Origin: Candidatus Falkowbacteria bacterium RIFOXYD12_FULL_34_57
GTDB lineage: Bacteria > Patescibacteriota > Patescibacteriia > Patescibacteriales > UBA12075
DNA length: 64,000 nt
Direction of reading: 5' to 3'
Assembly (NCBI GenBank): GCA_001780285.1
Contig: MFGN01000034.1
Location: forward strand, 10,462-74,461
Positions within the stretch are counted from its first letter, which is position 1, and the number at the start of each line of letters is the position of its first letter. The position numbers and the translations under genes were made by a program. The notes beneath the pieces were generated by a model, which saw nothing but the letters and a program-made list of their open reading frames with translations, made no database searches and was not told the DNA's origin. Positions 1 to 9,325 of the stretch are shown here, piece after piece.

Positions 1-1689
1 CATTTCTTCGCAGTTAACCAATAATCCTCTTTGAATTGCCCCATTTACCAATCTTTCTACTTCCTGTTTTTGCTCATCCGTCATTTTTTCGCCATAAGAA
101 AAATCAAACCTGAGTCTCTTGGCTGTAATATTGCTGCCTCTCTGATGCACATCTTCTCCCAGCACTTTTCTGAGTGCAGCAAGCATTAGATGTGCCACGG
201 TGTGCAGCTTAGTGGTCTCTTCCGAGGAATCAACGAGTCCGCCCTTGAATTTGCCTGCGCTAGCCGTGCGGGAAAGGTCCTGATGCTTCTGCATTTCTTT
301 GTTAAATTTTTCTTTATCAACATACATACCTTTTTTTTCCAACTCTTCTTGTATCATTTCCAGGGGAAAACCATAAGTTTGAAATAAATTAAACGCATGC
401 GATGCATCAACTTCACACATAATTGAAGGGGTTTCCATATCATCCACCTCCCCCATTGATTCCCAATTTATTTTTTCAAATTCTTTCAATCCCAATTTTA
501 ATGTTTTTCTGAATTTTTCTTCTTCCTTTTTCATTTCTTCTATAATCATAAGCTGCTTTTCTCTTAAATCGGTATAATAATCCGCGTATTCATCTATTAC
601 AATTCTGGCAATATCATTTGTAAAATTATAATCAACCCCCAGGTCATAGGCAAAACGAACAGCTCTGCGAATCAAGCGGCGGGTAAAATATCCTTGATCT
701 TTATTTGATGGAAGAGCGCCGTCGCCTATCAGGAACACAGCTCCGCGCAAATGATCCATAATTACCCGAAAAGCTTTGGTTTCGCCTTCATCTTCCCCAT
801 ATTTCTTACCACTCACCTTCTCTATTCCCTCTCTGAGGCTGGCAAATACATCTCCTAAAAAAATATCCGGATTATCGTTTACGGCGACGGCGAGCCTCTC
901 TAGTCCACCACCAAAGTCAATATTTTTATTAGCAAGCTCCATAAAGCCGTCCTTGATTTTTTTATACTGCATAAAAACATTGTTCCCGATTTCTAAAAAC
1001 CGTCCACAGTCGCAAGCCGGATGACATTTTCTGCCGCGCCACTGCGATTTTTCATGCAGACCTAAATGCGCGCCAAAGTCCCAAAACATTTCCGAATCAG
1101 GCCCCCCGGGCTCCCCTTCCGGCATATTTTCAGGAGTTCCAACACGAGACCACCAATTTTCTTTTTCGTTATAATAAAATATCCGATCTCCTTCTTCCAT
1201 GCCAAATTCTGCCACATTTTCTTTAGCTTTAGCCTCAATACCTACACCTTTAAATTTCTCCTGCCACATATTCACTGCTTCGTCATCTTTGGGGATGTTG
1301 TACTTTTCATTTCCCTGATAAACAGAAACATAAATACGCCCGGGATCAAGGCCTAGCTCTTTAGTTAAAAACTCAAACACCCAGTTAATTTGTTCCTTTT
1401 TAAAATAATCACCCAGACTCCAATTGCCAAGCATCTCAAAAAAAGTAGTATGACGGTTATCACCCACATCATCAATATCCATGGCCCGGAAACACTTCTG
1501 GGAATCAGCGATCCGCACCCCTTCTGGATGTTTTTCTCCCAAGAGGTACGGCACCATCGGCTGCATGCCGGATCCGGTAAAAAGAGTTGAGGGATCATTT
1601 TCCGGCAATAATGAAGCGCTGGGCACGATAGCGTGTCCCTGTTTCTTAAAAAATTCTAAATATTTAGCTCTAATTTGATTGGCGGTCAT
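1..1689 (-). CDS. alaS: Alanine--tRNA ligase (3' end runs off window)
   Basis: Manual translation from ATG at 1689 gives MTANQIRAKYLEFFKKQGH...DPSTLFTGSGMQP...HTTFFEMLGNWSLGDYFK and editing-domain HTVAH...GSNIT..RLRFDF. Absent from the ORF track because there is no stop in the window. Confidence 0.97.
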   Translation of the reverse strand, partial: MTANQIRAKYLEFFKKQGHAIVPSASLLPENDPSTLFTGSGMQPMVPYLLGEKHPEGVRIADSQKCFRAMDIDDVGDNRHTTFFEMLGNWSLGDYFKKEQINWVFEFLTKELGLDPGRIYVSVYQGNEKYNIPKDDEAVNMWQEKFKGVGIEAKAKENVAEFGMEEGDRIFYYNEKENWWSRVGTPENMPEGEPGGPDSEMFWDFGAHLGLHEKSQWRGRKCHPACDCGRFLEIGNNVFMQYKKIKDGFMELANKNIDFGGGLERLAVAVNDNPDIFLGDVFASLREGIEKVSGKKYGEDEGETKAFRVIMDHLRGAVFLIGDGALPSNKDQGYFTRRLIRRAVRFAYDLGVDYNFTNDIARIVIDEYADYYTDLREKQLMIIEEMKKEEEKFRKTLKLGLKEFEKINWESMGEVDDMETPSIMCEVDASHAFNLFQTYGFPLEMIQEELEKKGMYVDKEKFNKEMQKHQDLSRTASAGKFKGGLVDSSEETTKLHTVAHLMLAALRKVLGEDVHQRGSNITAKRLRFDFSYGEKMTDEQKQEVERLVNGAIQRGLLVNCEEM

Positions 1690-1954
1690 ATTTTTAAATG
1701 AAAAACTAAAAACTAAAAACTAAGGAATCGCTTATGCGACATTTTTATATATCTTTTATTTAATATCTATTAATATAACTGAAAAGTTAATTTTTATCAA
1801 GAGATAAATTATAAAATAACAAGACTACAAACAAATTAAAAGAAACAAATTTAAAATTACAAACTGTTTAATTGTTTTAATTTTAAATTTGATTATTGTT
1901 TGTATCTTGTATCCTTGTGTCTTGTGTCCCCAAAATCTATTTCAGAAAAAAAAC

Positions 1955-1990
1955 GACCCCTTGTTGAACTTATGCTCAACAAGGGGTATT
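1955..1990 (-). terminator. Intrinsic terminator-like hairpin
   Basis: ACCCCTTGTTGA-loop-TCAACAAGGGGT, followed by a T-run on the minus strand. Confidence 0.7.
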
Positions 1991-2353
1991 TGTAAAATTT
2001 TATTTGGTCGGATCTCTTGCCATACGCGGGTGCCTCCCGTCAAAGAAGTCGGCCTGGCGACCGGAAATGGTGCCGCTTCTTTTTTGCATCAAATAAATTA
2101 ACTCGCACCGATCACCGTGTGCCTCCCATATGCCCGCTGATTGGGGCTTTGGCCGGGGGCGTTAGATCGATTCACGAGACCATAGCCTCCCTGAGAATTC
2201 ACATCCCTTTTTAAAACCTTCTCAAGGGTCAATTATATTTGTACCGCCCCTAATCGACCAGGGGCTAAAACTGAAGCTTTAACTCCATTCCGCCTCCATT
2301 GGCCTGTTTTTTGGAATCGCGCGCCTTTCAAGCGAGAAAGGCGCTCTGGCAGA

Positions 2354-3376
2354 TTATTGTAGTTTTACTCTGGCGAGTTTTTCCCTGAGATCAGGGTTGC
2401 CGCCGTTGCCGCCTCTTCTGTCTTCCCTTTTGCCGGAAGCCATTCTTCTCAGTCTATCCTGGGCATCGGCTTTTTTCTTGGCATCGGCTTCCGCATTCAG
2501 CTTGTCCAGATCTGCTTTCATTCCCAGATTTTCAATGGCATTGAAAAATGCTCTTGATCTGATACCGTGCTGATCATCACCTTCCCAGCCTTCGGGCTGA
2601 AAATCGCTGGCCATCTGAAATGGGTGGCGGAGACCGTTGTCGCGAATGTACTTTTCAGAGCTGGAAATCAGAGCGTCAAACCTTTTCTGCTCTGCCGCAA
2701 CATGTTCAGAACGAAGATAATCTATCGCCCACCAAAAATCCTGATCAGAAACTTCAGCCTCGGAATTGTTTTTGATTTCATTGATAATATCTTCCATACC
2801 AGATTTGTACTCCCCTTTTTTAAAGACGGCATGGAAGACATCCGGTGCCTTGTAAGCATAATCTTCGGCAAGAAGCAGGGCATTGAGTATTTTAACGCCC
2901 TGATCCCTTCTGGAGCCAAGACCGCCAAGCCATTCTTCAATGACACCGGCATCAATTCCGGACTTTTCCATTTCAAAAGCGTAAACAACCAGATACCGCA
3001 GATATCCATCTTCAATAGCCGGCTTCAAGGCATCAGCGCAGGCCAGATCCTTGAATTCATTCACAATAGAACCGAACACCTGTCCCATATTTTTACCGGC
3101 GCGGAAACGATCAAGGGCCAATTTTGACATATAGGAAAAATTTTTTCCATTGAGTCTATCATTCTGAGCCTTCTGTGCCCTGAGAACCGCCTGACGGGAA
3201 TAGTAAGAATTGCATTTTGAACATACAATATGCCCCTCTTTTTTTTCTCCGCCACAGCCCTTGATTGGACAGACTGTCAGTTGTTTGCCGGCCATCTGAT
3301 CTTTCATGATTGAAAAATCAACGAAAAATTTTTTCTGATCTGTTTTTTTTGTTTCTTTGGTTGCTGTTGTTGTCAT
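2354..3376 (-). CDS. Hypothetical protein with N-terminal Cys4 zinc-ribbon-like motif
   Basis: 340-aa ORF with CPIKGC...CSKC, an AAGGAG SD before the ATG and its own promoter. Confidence 0.8.
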   Translation of the reverse strand: MTTTATKETKKTDQKKFFVDFSIMKDQMAGKQLTVCPIKGCGGEKKEGHIVCSKCNSYYSRQAVLRAQKAQNDRLNGKNFSYMSKLALDRFRAGKNMGQVFGSIVNEFKDLACADALKPAIEDGYLRYLVVYAFEMEKSGIDAGVIEEWLGGLGSRRDQGVKILNALLLAEDYAYKAPDVFHAVFKKGEYKSGMEDIINEIKNNSEAEVSDQDFWWAIDYLRSEHVAAEQKRFDALISSSEKYIRDNGLRHPFQMASDFQPEGWEGDDQHGIRSRAFFNAIENLGMKADLDKLNAEADAKKKADAQDRLRRMASGKREDRRGGNGGNPDLREKLARVKLQ

Positions 3377-3514
3377 TTGACACGCTCCTTTTTGCCCAAT
3401 GGGCGATGTAATAAAGATTTGAAAAAATTGTTAAGGTTCTTCCTATCCTCTGTTAAGAGTTACAATTTAAAAAACAAATTTTAACCCTTATGAAGAATAA
3501 TAATTTATTATATC

Positions 3515-3543
3515 AATATAGCATATTTTTTAATATTTGTCAA
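3515..3543 (-). promoter_or_regulatory. Sigma70-type promoter
   Basis: TTGACA-17 nt-TATATT with extended -10 TG. Confidence 0.75.
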
Positions 3544-3689
3544 GCTTTTTTCCCTTTTGATTATTTTGCTAATATTAAAAAATTAAAAGCTAATAACTAA
3601 AAAAGAAAAACTAAAAGTAGCAATTTAAAACTTAAAATATGAAATTAATAACTTTACTTTTAATTTTAAACTATTAACTTTTAATTTAA

Positions 3690-3739
3690 AAACCCCGGCG
3701 AACATTTTGCATTCTTGCATTATATTCGTCGGGGTTTTA
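3690..3739 (-). terminator. Terminator hairpin after the 430-aa gene
   Basis: AACCCCGGCGAA...TTCGTCGGGGTT inverted repeat with flanking A/T runs. Confidence 0.7.
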
Positions 3740-3753
3740 GAAGCCGTTATGGC

Positions 3754-5046
3754 TTAGGCTTGTTTTGCAGCCAAAACTTCTTTCCGCCGAGCAACTCGGG
3801 CAGAAACACTCTTGCCGTTTTCATGCACTTCATAGTCGCTTCCCCTTTTTACGGCAAAAAGGTTATCAGCAACCCTGGAGACATCAACACCATGGGCATA
3901 AAGAGGTAGTAAAACCGCCTCTTTGCCCCCGTCAAAAACAAACCATGCTTTCTGAAAGGATTCCGGTGCATCGGTTTTGGTTTCAACCTTGGAGTCGGTG
4001 CTCTCGTCGGCAGTAATAATCCTGGCATCGGTTTTGGTTTCAGTTTTTGCTTCAACCAGTTCATAGCTGATGTCTTCAACGACCAGCTTGCCTTTCTGCT
4101 GGTAAATCTTTTTGACATCACCGTCAATAAGGACGAACATGTGGCTTCTGCCGCTTCGTCTGGCATCGGCGGCCAACATGCCGGCCTCATCTCTGTCAAC
4201 CGGAATTGCTCTCATAACCTTGTCAAAACCGACAAAGGTAAAATTTACTGCTTTGCGCCGGAAAATCTCGGCAACTCTGGATTTTTTGGCATTTTCCCTG
4301 AGCTTGGCCGCTTTCAGGGCTTCATCGTTTTCTTGCCTGATCTGCTCAGGGGTTTTTGCAGCCATTGTGGTCATTGTGGTCTTAGCTTCTCTCATTTTAT
4401 CCATGCGGTCGGCAACGGCTTTGACCAGCATCCGGAATCTTCCCGGAGCCAGGTAAGCGTCAGCGATACGTTTGGCAACCTCATGGGGTTTCAGATCCAG
4501 ATCACGGGAAGTCACTCCCTCTTTGGCCATTTTTTCATAACCGGCAAAAATTTCACTTCCAATCTCTCCCAGACGAACCTTAATGGCCGCCATGCAGGTT
4601 TTCCAGTTGATGCCAAGGGCATTAGACATGTCGCCGGCAACAGCTTTCAGATCTGCTTCTTCACCGTAATTTTCAACGATGAAAATCTGAGATGCGGTGC
4701 CGTGGGCATTGCAGAAATTCCTAGCGCTTTTTACGGCCGCAATAATCAGCGACCGTTTATAGGTGGGGAATTCATTGGCCAGACTAACTTCCGGCATCTT
4801 TTCTCCGTTTTTCAAAGCTTCCTGCACTCTATCGCGCAGAGCTTCCCATTCTTTGCCTTCCAGTTTTTCCACGACTCGCAGTTCTTCGGCGCGCATGCCG
4901 TCGAAAACTGCGACCATTTTTTCCGTGTAATAATCCCGGGTGGCCTTGGTGATCTTGGAACGACCATCAAGGTTGATCTGAGCAGCGATCTCTTTAAGGG
5001 TAGTTACATTCATGGCATCAAGTTCATGTTTGGTGTAAAGTTTCAT
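3754..5046 (-). CDS. Hypothetical protein with Rho-N-like (HEH) N-terminal motif
   Basis: 430-aa ORF. ELDAMNVTTLKEIAAQINLDGRSKITK resembles the Rho N-terminal domain consensus. AAGGA SD. Confidence 0.75.
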   Translation of the reverse strand: MKLYTKHELDAMNVTTLKEIAAQINLDGRSKITKATRDYYTEKMVAVFDGMRAEELRVVEKLEGKEWEALRDRVQEALKNGEKMPEVSLANEFPTYKRSLIIAAVKSARNFCNAHGTASQIFIVENYGEEADLKAVAGDMSNALGINWKTCMAAIKVRLGEIGSEIFAGYEKMAKEGVTSRDLDLKPHEVAKRIADAYLAPGRFRMLVKAVADRMDKMREAKTTMTTMAAKTPEQIRQENDEALKAAKLRENAKKSRVAEIFRRKAVNFTFVGFDKVMRAIPVDRDEAGMLAADARRSGRSHMFVLIDGDVKKIYQQKGKLVVEDISYELVEAKTETKTDARIITADESTDSKVETKTDAPESFQKAWFVFDGGKEAVLLPLYAHGVDVSRVADNLFAVKRGSDYEVHENGKSVSARVARRKEVLAAKQA

Positions 5047-5174
5047 GATAAAATTCCTTTCTTTTTTTTGATTAATATAAAATGTAAATGTTCATGTTCC
5101 TCATAAAAATTTATAAATTTATTTCTAAACTTCTATCAGGAAAAAATAAATAAAATATTTATTTTATTGTCTAC

Positions 5175-5203
5175 ATTGTATCATATTTTTCTATATTTGT
5201 CAA
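5175..5203 (-). promoter_or_regulatory. Sigma70-type promoter
   Basis: TTGACA-17 nt-TACAAT with TG; spacer is similar to the promoter at 3515-3543. Confidence 0.75.
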
Positions 5204-5337
5204 GTATTTTAGTTTTTTTTATTAAATATTAGCCACATTAATTAAAAGTTTAATTAATTTACAAAAAAATATTGAGCTATAACTCAATATTTTACTATTT
5301 AACCTTATAGAATTTTAACTAGCATGCTTGCGACATA

Positions 5338-6909
5338 CTATCGCCTTTTCGGTGTCACCCAGAATCCCAAATACTTTCCAAACATCAAACGAGTTTGAGC
5401 CTCAAGTCCGGGAATGGCTCCAAAAACAATAATACTCACGGGCAGAATCAACCATTGCACAAGCATAGCTACGCTTTTCAAAAAACCGAATTTCTTAGGA
5501 CGCTTTGGCAGCAGCATGGTGGAGACAATCGCAGATAAAACCAAACCGGACATGGCAAGCATCATTAATTGTCTGGTAACTTGCGGCAGATTACTGGAAA
5601 GTACGGTGGAGTTGAAACGATCCCCCCCCAGTATCATCGGCATCCATCCGACCACAGCGATAATCAAGGCATTGGTCGCCCAGGAATGAAAACCATAAAT
5701 CTGCACCAAAATGCGATTAATCATTTTTTTTCTCGGCAAATACCCCCACCCCTTTATGGTATTAAAAATTAAATATGGCACATTTTCTACTCCCCATCCC
5801 CAGCGGCGCTGCTGTTTATACAAATTTATTGCTGTTTGTTTCATGGTTTCATCCATGCAGATATCCATGGAAACGGGATAATACATGGGCTCTACTCGAT
5901 AGTCGCCCCGATAATAACAAAAACAATGCCAGAATATCCGCGAATCCTCCGAAACCATATTCTTGGACCAAAAACCAATATCAGTTAGTGCTCGCCAGGT
6001 CATGGAGTGCGAGGAGTAAGTGGCGAGTTTTTCCTGTCTAATCTGCTGCATCATCTGCCAAAAAGAATTGGAGTTGGCTGCAACCCGCGCAAAAAACGGC
6101 GCCCGCCAAATATTGTTGTGGTAAATTGGTATGGGTTGAAAACTGGCTCGATATGGATTATCTACGGTTAAGAATCTGTATGTCAGGCAATAAAAATAAT
6201 CCGGGTAAATAACGGTATCAACATCAAAAACACTAACCAAAATTTTATCATAATCAATGTTTTCCTTGTCAATCAATTCTTTTTTTATAATTTGCGCCGC
6301 CCAAGCCTGATTCGATCCTTTTCCTTTTATCTCTCCCTGTATCCCGTCCGGATGCACGGTAACAATTAAATTCCTAAATTTATTTCTATATTTTTCCCTG
6401 GCTTCCACTACCCTTCTTTCAGCCTCCTCTCCCGCCCTTCCTTCAACTGCCAGCACAAGAATCATATTATCCCCGGGGTATGCAGAATTAACTATTGCTT
6501 CTACCGTAGTATTAATTACTTCTCTGCTTTCTTTGTATATCGGACAAACAATCAGATGAATAATATCATTCCATGATAATTTTTTAACAACCGCCTCATA
6601 ATCTTTAATCTGCGCTACTTCCACATCTGTTAAAGATAAACATTTTTCCCGCCAATTAATTTTTAAATTTTGTTTCAATTTTCGAAAAGATACAATTAAA
6701 TGAATTCCTAGATAAACCACCAAAAGCAGCCAGTACACATCAAAGGCAATAATAAAAAAAGCGGTAAAAACCGGCTGGAAATAAGATAAAAAAATTAACA
6801 CCAAAAGCGTTCCCCAGGACAAAAATCCCGGAAGAATTTCCAAAATTCTATATAATTTTCGATCTCCCCCCGAAAGCTCTGTCGCCTTCCCAATTTTTAG
6901 ATAATCCAT
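5338..6909 (-). CDS. Membrane glycosyltransferase family 2
   Basis: GKGSN, FDVD, SED and QQRRW motifs with flanking TM helices. ATG at 6909 preferred over GTG at 6930. Confidence 0.88.
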   Translation of the reverse strand: MDYLKIGKATELSGGDRKLYRILEILPGFLSWGTLLVLIFLSYFQPVFTAFFIIAFDVYWLLLVVYLGIHLIVSFRKLKQNLKINWREKCLSLTDVEVAQIKDYEAVVKKLSWNDIIHLIVCPIYKESREVINTTVEAIVNSAYPGDNMILVLAVEGRAGEEAERRVVEAREKYRNKFRNLIVTVHPDGIQGEIKGKGSNQAWAAQIIKKELIDKENIDYDKILVSVFDVDTVIYPDYFYCLTYRFLTVDNPYRASFQPIPIYHNNIWRAPFFARVAANSNSFWQMMQQIRQEKLATYSSHSMTWRALTDIGFWSKNMVSEDSRIFWHCFCYYRGDYRVEPMYYPVSMDICMDETMKQTAINLYKQQRRWGWGVENVPYLIFNTIKGWGYLPRKKMINRILVQIYGFHSWATNALIIAVVGWMPMILGGDRFNSTVLSSNLPQVTRQLMMLAMSGLVLSAIVSTMLLPKRPKKFGFLKSVAMLVQWLILPVSIIVFGAIPGLEAQTRLMFGKYLGFWVTPKRR

Positions 6910-7124
6910 AACAAATTTTTCCGTTACCACTGCAAAATTTGCAAGTGAAAAATTAAAAGTTTATTCCGCCCAAGACGGATCAGTTGTTTATTATTTTAAA
7001 TGTTAACTGAAAAGTTAAAATTTGGGCAAGAAAAGGATAATATTAATTATTTTTTTTCTTTGAGATTCCTATTCGCGTTGTCATTAGTTTCGAAAAAAAT
7101 AATTAATATTATCCTTTGTGCTAT

Positions 7125-9194
7125 TTACATATTTATTTCTTCATTTTCATCCAAAGAAACCGCTTTTTCTTCCAAATCGTTAAATTTCTGAATATCTTTA
7201 CTTATTTCTTCTTTTGGAATTATTTCATTGTTCGGCTTGGAGAAATTCTGCACATCTTTTTTGGGCTGATAAAATTTTGTCGGTTCTCTGTTGATAGCCT
7301 CCTGAAGCGATATCTCCGGTACTTTATCTTCTTCATCTTGTCCTTCCGGTTCGTTCTTTTCGTCGTTAAGATTTTTTATATCGGGCAGATAATTTTTACG
7401 AACCAATTGACCGGAAAATCCTTCTTTTTTAGTTATAAAACTTGTTGGTCTTTTTATATTAAAATTATTTTTATTTTTTTCTTCTATGACGGGGTTAAGA
7501 TGGCTGGTTTGTTTGGAATAAAATTTCCTGGTGGCATCTTCTGCTCTTTTAAATTTCGACAGCCCGACATCATGATTTTCTTTGCCGTTTTGGCGCCCAA
7601 CCTGCCCATACTGCCTGCCTGCCGCGCCAAAAGAATCCTGTCGAAATGATCTAGTTGGTAAATTAGCTGATTGATTATCCGCTTCCTTTAATTTTTGCAT
7701 TTCTTCTTCTTTCATCTTTTTTCTCACCTCCATCTCCACCCTGCGCTCATCTTTTGATTTTGACAAACAATTCTTGCAAAACACGGGCCTCACGCCGTCC
7801 GGCTCAAACGATGTCTTGGTCTCTTTGCCGCAACTGGAACAATTGGTGGAATATTTATAAAGATCATCATCTTTTTTCTTGCCGGAAGAACTATCATCTT
7901 CTTTTGACTCTTGTTCATTTTCGTGCCATCTGGCAATTTTTTCTTCTACCACTTCCCGAGAACTGGAATACCTCTCCCTTCCAACCTTGATCACTTTTTC
8001 TAAATTTCCTGTTTTTTCATCTTCACGCAACGGAGCAAGTCCACGGGCCGAAAAAGGCTCTGAAGCAATCCCGTCAATCATTAATTTTAAGTATATTTCA
8101 TATTTTGGTAAATTTACAATATCTTCTTCAGTGAAAATAGGAACGAACTCAGGGGCCAGTGCTTCTGCATCTGCCGCTCCCACGCGAAACACCACCAAGG
8201 TGCCCACATTTCCAAAAATAGCATTCCGCACCTCTTCTATTAATTGCTCAATATATTGATGCGCCAATATCAAATTCAGGTGATATTTTCGAGCTTCGGA
8301 CAAAATGCTTGCAAAGCTCTCTGTGGCAAAATTTTGAAATTCATCAACATATAAATAAAAATCTTCACGCTTATCTTCGGGCATATCAACCCTGCTCATA
8401 GCGGCCAACTGTATCTTGGTAATCATCATTGCGCCTAAAAGCTCGGAGTTATCTTCTCCGATGCGTCCTTTGCTTAAATTTAAAATCAAAATCATCTTTT
8501 TGTCCATAACTTTTCGGACATCAATAGAAGATTTCACCTGTCCGACAATATTGCGGATCAGGGAACTGGATAAAAACTGCCCCACCTTATTCTGAATAGG
8601 CGCTATCGCTTCTGAGGCAAACTTATCATTGTAGCCGGCAAACTCATTCACCCAAAAAGCTTTTACCACCGGATCTTTAATATTGTCGGTTACTTTCTTA
8701 CGAAAAGCTTTGTCAGAAAGCATGCGGATAATAGCCAAAAGAGTAGAACCCGGATAATCCAAAACGGCCAAAATAGCGTTTCTTAAAATATATTCAAGGC
8801 GAGGCCCCCAGGAATCAGCCCATAACTTTTTAAATACCGCCAGAAGACCGGATGCCACCAGATGCCTGAGGTGCGGCTCTACATGTTCAACCACATTAAA
8901 GGCGGTAGGATACTCCATGTCTCCGGGATTAAAATAAACTACATCATTTATTCTTTCTGTTGGTATAAATTGGATTACCTTTTCCGCCAAATCTCCGTGC
9001 GGATCCACCACAGCGACCCCTTTTCCGGCGCGAATATCCTCAACAATCATATTTTCCAAAATAGTTGATTTTCCCATGCCGGTTTTTCCAATCAAATACA
9101 TATGGCGGCGGCGGTCGTCTCTTTTTATGCCAAATTTTATAAATTTATTGCGAAAAGTGGTTTCAGCAAAAACTGTTATATCATTTTTAAACAT
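7125..9194 (-). CDS. VirB4/TraD-like (FtsK-HerA superfamily) ATPase with CxxC-x17-CxxC domain
   Basis: RRHMYLIGKTGMGKST Walker A, VDPHGDL, LYVDEFQNF, EARKY, AHQY and CSSC...PVFCKNC. Confidence 0.9.
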   Translation of the reverse strand: MFKNDITVFAETTFRNKFIKFGIKRDDRRRHMYLIGKTGMGKSTILENMIVEDIRAGKGVAVVDPHGDLAEKVIQFIPTERINDVVYFNPGDMEYPTAFNVVEHVEPHLRHLVASGLLAVFKKLWADSWGPRLEYILRNAILAVLDYPGSTLLAIIRMLSDKAFRKKVTDNIKDPVVKAFWVNEFAGYNDKFASEAIAPIQNKVGQFLSSSLIRNIVGQVKSSIDVRKVMDKKMILILNLSKGRIGEDNSELLGAMMITKIQLAAMSRVDMPEDKREDFYLYVDEFQNFATESFASILSEARKYHLNLILAHQYIEQLIEEVRNAIFGNVGTLVVFRVGAADAEALAPEFVPIFTEEDIVNLPKYEIYLKLMIDGIASEPFSARGLAPLREDEKTGNLEKVIKVGRERYSSSREVVEEKIARWHENEQESKEDDSSSGKKKDDDLYKYSTNCSSCGKETKTSFEPDGVRPVFCKNCLSKSKDERRVEMEVRKKMKEEEMQKLKEADNQSANLPTRSFRQDSFGAAGRQYGQVGRQNGKENHDVGLSKFKRAEDATRKFYSKQTSHLNPVIEEKNKNNFNIKRPTSFITKKEGFSGQLVRKNYLPDIKNLNDEKNEPEGQDEEDKVPEISLQEAINREPTKFYQPKKDVQNFSKPNNEIIPKEEISKDIQKFNDLEEKAVSLDENEEINM

Positions 9195-9325
9195 TTTTTA
9201 AGCTAAAAGCTAATAACTAAAATATGGAAACAACGGTTAAAAACCAAAAATAATTTATTTAAAAATCATGTTTTCAGTTTTAAGTTGTTACTTTTAGTTT
9301 TTCGCTCTTAGTTCTTAGTTTTTTA

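Noticed and set aside
2150..2300. tmRNA (GGGGGCG start) here or at 48811
   Set aside because: No T-arm/CCA 3' end and no tag reading frame were found.
4141..5106. 321-aa plus-strand ORF (also 2567-3127, 13059-13703, 14029-14607, 16308-16796, 40520-40963)
   Set aside because: Antisense shadows of better-supported minus-strand genes, with no recognisable motifs.
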